Origin: a virus
Length of the DNA: 64,000 bases
IMG/VR virus record: IMGVR_UViG_2799112330_000001
Coordinates: 25,242 to 89,241 of that record
Direction: 5' to 3' (one strand)
This document shows, in pieces, positions 58,004-64,000 of the stretch (within the stretch, counting starts at the first letter, position 1; each line of letters begins with the position of its first letter). Both the position numbers and the translations under genes were made by a program. The notes under the pieces are model-generated. The model was not told the origin of the DNA. It made no database searches and was given only the letters and a program-made list of their open reading frames with translations.

Positions 58004-59128
58004 TTAAAAATTCTTTAATTTAGCTTTATAAGCATTTACAAGAGATATGTTCTCAGGATTTTTAAACCAAGCTAAAGCCTCACTCATATTAGCACCTATC
58101 AAAACACCATCTGTAGAAACTATATTCTGATTGTATTCAGATTTTACAAGTTCTCCACGAGCAATTAGCATTTCAATATCTGCAAGTGTTCTAACATCTT
58201 TATTGGAATAAATCTTATTGAACTTATCAGGTCTTTCAGTAGCAAACTTGTGAAGTTCATTTTCTTTATCCATACGATCTTTTAGAACAGAAGTAAGAAT
58301 AGGCTTAGCATTTTCTGCACAATATAAAGTATAAACTGCATCAAATAATGCACTATCACCAAGTAAAAGAACATAATTTGAAACTGCTTTATTAACAAGT
58401 TCATGTTGCTTACGTTTTCTTTCTTCTTCTCTAGCATTGTCTTTAATGTAAAATCTAACATTAGCATCGGAATTTATAAATGCCATGTCTTTAGCAACAT
58501 CAGCATAAAGTAAACAGTGTCTATACATAATGTAATCTTCAACATTTAAAGGCATTCCATAAGAAGCTTTTTCTCTCTCAATAGAATCTAATTCGTTAAT
58601 ACGCTGTTTTAAAGCTTTACGAAGTTCAGCAAGATTATTTCTGTTAACCATTGAATATCTCCTTTCAACTTCGTCAATTTTAGCCTTAATTTTCAAATAA
58701 TCTCTTTTATGATCATAAATGAAAGTAGTATCAAATGTAACACCTTGTTCGTCAACAGCAATACGAATATTATTCAAATACTGTTTAACACGAGTAAGGA
58801 AATTATCATTATTAGGCATTATACCAACGATGTTAGGAAAATACTTATTAGTTTCATTTTTATCTGCCGCAAGTCTACGAGAACTTTCTATACAACTACC
58901 AATATAATCTATTCGTTTAGGCATAGTCAAACGATTTGCCCTACGAAATAACGAATAGTGCTCAACTAAAGCAACTGTTACACTAGATTTATCTTCATAA
59001 CGAGAATCTAAATCTTCAACTTCAACTTTAGTAGTAGGTACTGTTGTTGGTTGTGCAGTAGTAGCTTTATTGTCATCACCATTTGGATTAAATGTAAATC
59101 CTGACGGTTTATTAGATGTTTCAGCCAT
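58004..59128 (-). CDS. hypothetical capsid-operon protein
   Basis: 374-aa ORF immediately downstream of the putative MCP. Confidence 0.55.
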   Translation of the reverse strand: MAETSNKPSGFTFNPNGDDNKATTAQPTTVPTTKVEVEDLDSRYEDKSSVTVALVEHYSLFRRANRLTMPKRIDYIGSCIESSRRLAADKNETNKYFPNIVGIMPNNDNFLTRVKQYLNNIRIAVDEQGVTFDTTFIYDHKRDYLKIKAKIDEVERRYSMVNRNNLAELRKALKQRINELDSIEREKASYGMPLNVEDYIMYRHCLLYADVAKDMAFINSDANVRFYIKDNAREEERKRKQHELVNKAVSNYVLLLGDSALFDAVYTLYCAENAKPILTSVLKDRMDKENELHKFATERPDKFNKIYSNKDVRTLADIEMLIARGELVKSEYNQNIVSTDGVLIGANMSEALAWFKNPENISLVNAYKAKLKNF

Positions 59129-59149
59129 AATTTTATGATTTTAAAAATT

Positions 59150-60628
59150 TTAAAGAACACATTTAATAAGGAACATCTTTGTAGAATTATTTACTTGAAG
59201 TCCAAGACTACTCTTAATATGGAATTCGCTCTTATCAATTTCAGTTGCAATGAAATTAGACTCAGGAACTCCCCAAGAAGCAGGAACATCAGTCAGACCT
59301 TTAAGAACTTTAGCCTTATAAATCTGACCCTTTTGACGAACCAAACGAACATTCTGATGTCCATCATAAGTACTGAAATCAATAAATGCAGCTTGGTGAG
59401 AAGTGATAGGATAATGTGTACGAGGATGAACCATACCATTCATTTTAGCAGTTTCTGCAATAGTACTCTTATCAAAGAAAGAACAATGCTTAATTGTAAC
59501 AGTATGACCATCAATAGTCTTATAAGCACGGAAATAAGCTCCATATTCAAGACCATACCCATTGCCTTGAATTTCTTTTTCTCCAAGAGGAGTCAAGAAA
59601 CCATTTTCTTTAGCGTCTGTTTTAATAGCCTCATCAAAATCTTCCATGAAGCCTTTACCTGCCATAAGAACAATATTCATATGACCAGTATCAGTATCAC
59701 GATCAAGTACATCACCTACACTATGTTTAATCTTTTGAATAGTCAAATATTCTCCGTAAGTATCATAGTTAGATTCACGACAAATCTCTAACATACCTGC
59801 AGTATGAGGAATCGACTTTCCATTATCACGATCTTTCAAAAGAATTTCACCTTGAGCGTTACGGTTATATTCAGCAAGCCATAGACGCTCTTCATTCATT
59901 ATACGCTGTTGAAGATCAAATTGACGCATCTCTTCATTAATCCAAAGTTTAGAAGATTTGCCACTTTTATCTTTAAATTCGTATTTAGTAACTACATTAG
60001 CAAGGTTACCAGCAATCTCTTTAGTATAACGTTGATATTCAAGTTGAGAAGTCATTTTACCAGGACCCATAGTATTACTACGATTACCCTTTGAATAACT
60101 TTCAGAAACTGTAGGTGCAGTTAAACTCCAATATTTACCAACCTCGAGATTTTCATCGCTTACAATAGCTGTAGGATCAGGAGTAGTAAGACGTACCAAA
60201 TAACCATAACCATAAGGCGTAGCACCAAGATCTTTTTGAATACGAACTTGAGTTTGACCGTCAGGAGCCATAAGACCATATTGCTCAATAAAATTATGTG
60301 TAGCAAAATGTAACTCAAATTCTGTACCTCCAATACCAGTAGCACTGTTAACTTTAGCAGCATAAGTAAGTTTATCACTAAACTTCATACGACCCATAAC
60401 AGACCATGTCCACTGATTAGTATCGATATCTACTACACCACCTCTACCTTGACCTTCTGTCATAAAGCTAAGCGGGAACCGATCATCATCCATACCATAA
60501 TTATAAGTAAGGAATGAATTAATTTCAACAGGCTTAGTTAATTGAAGATTAGCAATACTTTCTTCATTGCTATACCCTCTGTCGTCATACTTGCCATGTT
60601 GAACGACACGCATTTTATACATTGCCAT
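59150..60628 (-). CDS. putative major capsid protein
   Basis: 492-aa ORF with the most biased, GC-richer codon usage in the block. It follows a scaffold-like gene and the portal gene (portal, scaffold, MCP order). No sequence motif could be checked by eye. Confidence 0.5.
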   Translation of the reverse strand: MAMYKMRVVQHGKYDDRGYSNEESIANLQLTKPVEINSFLTYNYGMDDDRFPLSFMTEGQGRGGVVDIDTNQWTWSVMGRMKFSDKLTYAAKVNSATGIGGTEFELHFATHNFIEQYGLMAPDGQTQVRIQKDLGATPYGYGYLVRLTTPDPTAIVSDENLEVGKYWSLTAPTVSESYSKGNRSNTMGPGKMTSQLEYQRYTKEIAGNLANVVTKYEFKDKSGKSSKLWINEEMRQFDLQQRIMNEERLWLAEYNRNAQGEILLKDRDNGKSIPHTAGMLEICRESNYDTYGEYLTIQKIKHSVGDVLDRDTDTGHMNIVLMAGKGFMEDFDEAIKTDAKENGFLTPLGEKEIQGNGYGLEYGAYFRAYKTIDGHTVTIKHCSFFDKSTIAETAKMNGMVHPRTHYPITSHQAAFIDFSTYDGHQNVRLVRQKGQIYKAKVLKGLTDVPASWGVPESNFIATEIDKSEFHIKSSLGLQVNNSTKMFLIKCVL

Positions 60629-60646
60629 AATTTTTAAATTTAATTG

Positions 60647-61933
60647 TTAAAAACCTAAATCAATTACTTTATTGTTGTCATTACTTTTAGGATTAAATCT
60701 ACGTGTTGTGTTTTTGTTATCTTTAGCTTTAAAACGAAGTGTTTTTACTTCTTTTTCTTTTATAGCCATTTCAACTAACGAAGAATAATCTCCACCAGTA
60801 AATTTCAAATATGCTTTTAAAATATTGTCTTCGAAATCTTTCTTAGGATCAGTTGCTTTGCAATCTTTAGCATATGCTGTTTCTCCATTTCTATCAACTG
60901 CCGAAATATAGTTTAAGAAATCAGTTGGAGTAGCCATCATAGCTTTACCATTACGTACAACTTTAATTTGTTCTGGAATTTCATATTTGCCTATTTTACG
61001 GCTTTTAATTGTATCGCTTACTTCTTTCCAAAATTCAGCAATTTGCTGTTGTTCTTTATTGTAAGCTTCTTGAGCAAGTCTCGCCGTTTCTTCTTCACGA
61101 GCTTTATCACTTTTTTGAAGTCCTTCAAGCTCAGTTTTAGCAGTACTCAATAAAATACCTGAAGATTTTAGATAAGCAATATAACTTTCTACATCACCAG
61201 TACGTTTTTGTTCTTTCCATGCTGTTCTAATTATATCTTCTTGTTGTTTTTCATTATTATCATCGATTGTAATTCCAGATCTATCTTCTTTAACATTCCA
61301 TCCTTCAAGACTATTTCCATTAGCAACATAATAATTAATAGCTTGTAGAGCAAATGGATATTTCTCAAATAAAGTGTTAATAGTAGCTTCTTTAATTTCA
61401 TCAATTTGCTGTTCAATTACATCTTTAACATAATTTTTAACGCCTTCTACATTATCTTCATACTCAATTTCTTTATCATTTTCATCTACAATTTGATATC
61501 CTAAAGCTTCTTTTATATTATTAAGATTTAAAGCATTTTTATCTTTATTATCATCATTATTATTAGTATCTTCATCTAAACTTTTTAAATACTCTTGAAC
61601 ATCTTTAGATTCTTTAAATACTTTTCCGTCTTTATCAATCAAATCTCCATTTTCTGCAACAGTATATTTATTTTCACCAATTTCAATAATTTCTCCAGGA
61701 TGAAGTTCAATATCATTTTTATCATTATCATGATGGTCATCATCATGATTATCGTGGTTATCGCCATTGTTGTCATTGTTTTTATCAATGTCATCAATAG
61801 GATTACCATTCTCATCTACCTGTTTATTATCGCCATCTAAATTATCTTTATTATCTGGCGTTACAGGATTACCATTTTCATCAAGCCTAACATCATCATT
61901 GTTATCTTGATTATTTCCATAACCTAAATCCAT
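60647..61933 (-). CDS. scaffold-like acidic protein (start corrected to ATG 61933)
   Basis: The track start at 62005 lies upstream of the -7 box at 61975-61982. The first ATG after the promoter gives MDLGYGNNQ... The N-terminus is a Asp/Asn/His low-complexity region with two DENGNP units, and the C-terminal half is a Glu/Lys-rich coiled coil. Confidence 0.45.
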   Translation of the reverse strand: MDLGYGNNQDNNDDVRLDENGNPVTPDNKDNLDGDNKQVDENGNPIDDIDKNNDNNGDNHDNHDDDHHDNDKNDIELHPGEIIEIGENKYTVAENGDLIDKDGKVFKESKDVQEYLKSLDEDTNNNDDNKDKNALNLNNIKEALGYQIVDENDKEIEYEDNVEGVKNYVKDVIEQQIDEIKEATINTLFEKYPFALQAINYYVANGNSLEGWNVKEDRSGITIDDNNEKQQEDIIRTAWKEQKRTGDVESYIAYLKSSGILLSTAKTELEGLQKSDKAREEETARLAQEAYNKEQQQIAEFWKEVSDTIKSRKIGKYEIPEQIKVVRNGKAMMATPTDFLNYISAVDRNGETAYAKDCKATDPKKDFEDNILKAYLKFTGGDYSSLVEMAIKEKEVKTLRFKAKDNKNTTRRFNPKSNDNNKVIDLGF

Positions 61934-61974
61934 AAAATTATTATTTAAATTATATTTAGTTGTTTGTACTGTTG

Positions 61975-62006
61975 CAAAGATACGAAAATTATTTGAAATA
62001 TGCAAA
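61975..62006 (-). promoter_or_regulatory. Bacteroidota-type promoter (TTTG-N20-TATCTTTG) for the capsid operon
   Basis: The - strand reads TTTG (62006-62003), then 20 nt, then TATCTTTG (61982-61975). Confidence 0.65.
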
Positions 62007-62135
62007 TAATTATCTATAATAATTCAAACAAAATGACTTGTAATATATAATACCATATATAATATAAAGCCGTATAAACGCATTTGTATATAAAGTAAAT
62101 AATCTTATCAACTGACAATATAAAATAAAAAATAT

Positions 62136-62149
62136 AGCTAAAAATAGCT
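62136..62149. repeat. intergenic AGCTA-N4-TAGCT box (AGCTAAAAATAGCT)
   Basis: The - strand reads TTATTTAAAAAGCTATTTTTAGCTA. It lies between the terminator (62158-62196) and the promoter (61975-62006). Confidence 0.7.
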
Positions 62150-62157
62150 TTTTAAAT

Positions 62158-62196
62158 AAAAAAATAGTCCGTCTGCATATTCACGCAAACGGACTA
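62158..62196 (-). terminator. rho-independent terminator after the portal gene
   Basis: 8-bp stem TAGTCCGT / ACGGACTA (62165-62172 / 62189-62196) followed on the - strand by T7. Confidence 0.75.
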
Positions 62197-62219
62197 AATT
62201 ATAATAAAAGTCTTATATC

Positions 62220-64000
62220 TTATTTTTTAGTACCTTTATCATATTTATTTTTATTAGCTAAAGCAATTCTATATTGAGTATCAATTTGCTTATCTTTTAA
62301 ATTTTGATCACGAATCTTTAACAAAGTATCTATTCTCTGTTGTTCTCTATCTAATCTAAGACGTTCTCTATCATTTTCCATTCTAGCTTCATTTAATCTA
62401 TCAATACCAGCTTGTTGTTGGTTTTGTCCAACTTCTGCATTATAACTAATCATATTTGCATCAGCTCTAATTAATTCAATATTTTCTTTAATTTGTCCTT
62501 CAAGTTCAACAGTCATTCTATCTTGTTCACCTTTAGCAGCAATAACATCTAAGTCATGTTGTTCTTTCATTTGTTCAAGTTCTATATCCATTTGTTTTAA
62601 TTGTTGTTCATGAGCTTGCATTTCTTCAGAGAATTTATTCATTAGTTTAGTTATTTCAGCAACATTATCTCCTTTTATTGCAGCAAGCGCAGATTTTAAA
62701 TCTCCATTTTGTGAAGCATTAAAAGCAAATTGTTTAAGTTGTTCAAGCTTTTCACGTTCTTTAGAACTATTCTTTGCTTTAATCAAATAATCAGCATATA
62801 TATGTTCATTAATGTTAAGACTTATATATTTGCGTTCTCCATTTTCATCTCTATATGAAGTATTTAATCCATCAATCCACGCTAATTTACTCATATCTAA
62901 ATCTCTAGCATAATCTCTTTCACGAAGCATATCTACCATATATTCTATAATTACAGAGCCCATACTACCTCTAGCTATAGCTTCTTCAGTTGTTCCTTTT
63001 CCAGCAGATGTCGCTATTTCTCCATATCTTTGAGGAGTCATATCAACTTGATTTTTAGCAGCTTGTTCAGTTTCTATCATTAAATCAGTAAGTTGTTTTA
63101 TATAATCTCCAATATCAGCGTTTAACATACGTATATTTTGAGTTCTTAACATTCCTGCATCATTACTATCATCTAAATATAAAGTGCCTTCTGCTAATGC
63201 TTTATATAATTTTTCTTCAGCATTTTTTCCTAATAAAGACATAGGTAGAAGTAATATAGAAAGTTTATTTCTAGCTATTGCCATTTCGCGAGCATAAGCA
63301 ACAATGTTATAAAATATTTGATATGGTAGTACTTCTTGAACAATACTAAATTTACCATATCCTGGAAATACTTCATTTATTCCATTATAAGGTAATTTAC
63401 CATTTCTATTATAAGCTATTGCTCTAGCCCCGTATGGGTAAATTGCATCATGTCTTCCACCAATTCTAACACTTTCATATACTTGAGGAACATATATCCA
63501 TTCTATATCTATATCACCTGCTTCTTTATTAAATTTATATCCATCAACTTCTTGACGAGTTGTTATTATTCCTATTTCATTAACATAAGTTACTATAGCA
63601 ACTCTACTATATGACCTCCATACTACATGCCATACATCATATAATCCATTATTTGATTCTCGTTCTAATACATCATTTGGATTATTTTTAAATAAATCCC
63701 TATATTCTTTATTATTATATTTATCGCATATATCTCCGTAATAACTATAATATTCGCCATAAGTTAAATCTATTGCTCCTGGATATCCTTGCTTTGCATA
63801 ATATTTTTCAAGAAATTCTCTATCTTTATCATCAAAATATTTATCATATCTATCCATAATTTCGCTATATGTTAATTTCATACGTCTTGCAAACATTTCA
63901 TCATCTTCTGTAAAAAAGTTATCTGTAGGAACAGGATAAGCATCTATTACTTTAACTACTTCTTTAATTATATTTTCTTTATCTACATCTCCATAAGTAT
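62220..64000 (-). CDS. putative portal protein, 5'-truncated by the window edge
   Basis: The frame stays open from 63896 to nt 64000 (...TYGDVDKENIIKEVVKVIDAYPVPTDNFFTEDDEMFARR...). The C-terminal region of roughly 150 aa is a Glu/Gln/Lys-rich helix, consistent with a P22-like portal barrel. It lies upstream of the scaffold-like and MCP genes. Confidence 0.55.
   Translation of the reverse strand, partial: TYGDVDKENIIKEVVKVIDAYPVPTDNFFTEDDEMFARRMKLTYSEIMDRYDKYFDDKDREFLEKYYAKQGYPGAIDLTYGEYYSYYGDICDKYNNKEYRDLFKNNPNDVLERESNNGLYDVWHVVWRSYSRVAIVTYVNEIGIITTRQEVDGYKFNKEAGDIDIEWIYVPQVYESVRIGGRHDAIYPYGARAIAYNRNGKLPYNGINEVFPGYGKFSIVQEVLPYQIFYNIVAYAREMAIARNKLSILLLPMSLLGKNAEEKLYKALAEGTLYLDDSNDAGMLRTQNIRMLNADIGDYIKQLTDLMIETEQAAKNQVDMTPQRYGEIATSAGKGTTEEAIARGSMGSVIIEYMVDMLRERDYARDLDMSKLAWIDGLNTSYRDENGERKYISLNINEHIYADYLIKAKNSSKEREKLEQLKQFAFNASQNGDLKSALAAIKGDNVAEITKLMNKFSEEMQAHEQQLKQMDIELEQMKEQHDLDVIAAKGEQDRMTVELEGQIKENIELIRADANMISYNAEVGQNQQQAGIDRLNEARMENDRERLRLDREQQRIDTLLKIRDQNLKDKQIDTQYRIALANKNKYDKGTKK

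Noticed and set aside
59135-59791. 218-aa + strand ORF opposite the putative major capsid gene.
   Set aside because: It is antisense to a strongly codon-biased gene, it would be the only + strand gene in a 52-kb - strand block, and its sequence is low-complexity.
62973-62982. AGCTATAGCT inside the portal CDS as a sixth AGCT-box copy.
   Set aside because: It lacks the 4-nt spacer and the conserved TTWAAA flank of the intergenic boxes, so it is probably a chance 10-bp palindrome.

Overview
AT-rich (about 30% GC by eye) dsDNA phage segment that looks like a crAss-like (Crassvirales) podophage of a Bacteroidota host. The genetic code is standard, since ORFs of 14 kb and 6.7 kb are intact. Layout: nt 1-11838 is a + strand replication and nucleotide-metabolism block. 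It holds an SSB-like protein with a DDSPF tail, a DnaG/Toprim-like primase, an ATP-dependent DNA ligase, a ThyX-like protein, a Gp157-like protein, a DUF932 protein and several unknowns. A bidirectional terminator at 11961-12006 closes it. From 12036 to the right edge everything is on the - strand and forms the virion block. In map order this block holds a 4723-aa giant protein with a beta-prime-like RNA polymerase catalytic segment (RIPT...GSDFDVDS), a 2245-aa protein with an HExxH motif and a poly-Asn microsatellite, and a lytic-transglycosylase-domain protein. Next come an HU/IHF-like protein flanked by two small paralogs, a 1507-aa tail protein, small structural genes and an 819-aa mosaic tail fibre (YadA-like SHAEG repeats plus BspA-type LRR). 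The block ends with a glycosyltransferase plus small membrane protein, a beta-helix fibre/spike, a capsid operon (scaffold-like protein, putative MCP, accessory proteins) and a 5'-truncated portal gene. I saw no tRNA, rRNA, CRISPR array, integrase, reverse transcriptase or large terminase in the window. Four signals are not explained by the gene map. (1) A GC-rich interrupted palindrome, CCCTGTAGAGGG or its reverse complement CCCTCTACAGGG, occurs about 17 times in ORFs (all frames, both orientations) and between genes. (2) An AGCTA-N4-TAGCT box was seen only in the large intergenic regions, in a repeated terminator, box, promoter arrangement. (3) Four perfect Bacteroidota-type TTTG-N20-TAnnTTTG promoters sit in front of a small subset of genes, and they correct several ORF-track start codons. 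(4) A duplicated 22-aa N-terminal leader is shared by two small virion-block proteins. Functional calls rest on motifs read by eye; no database search was possible.
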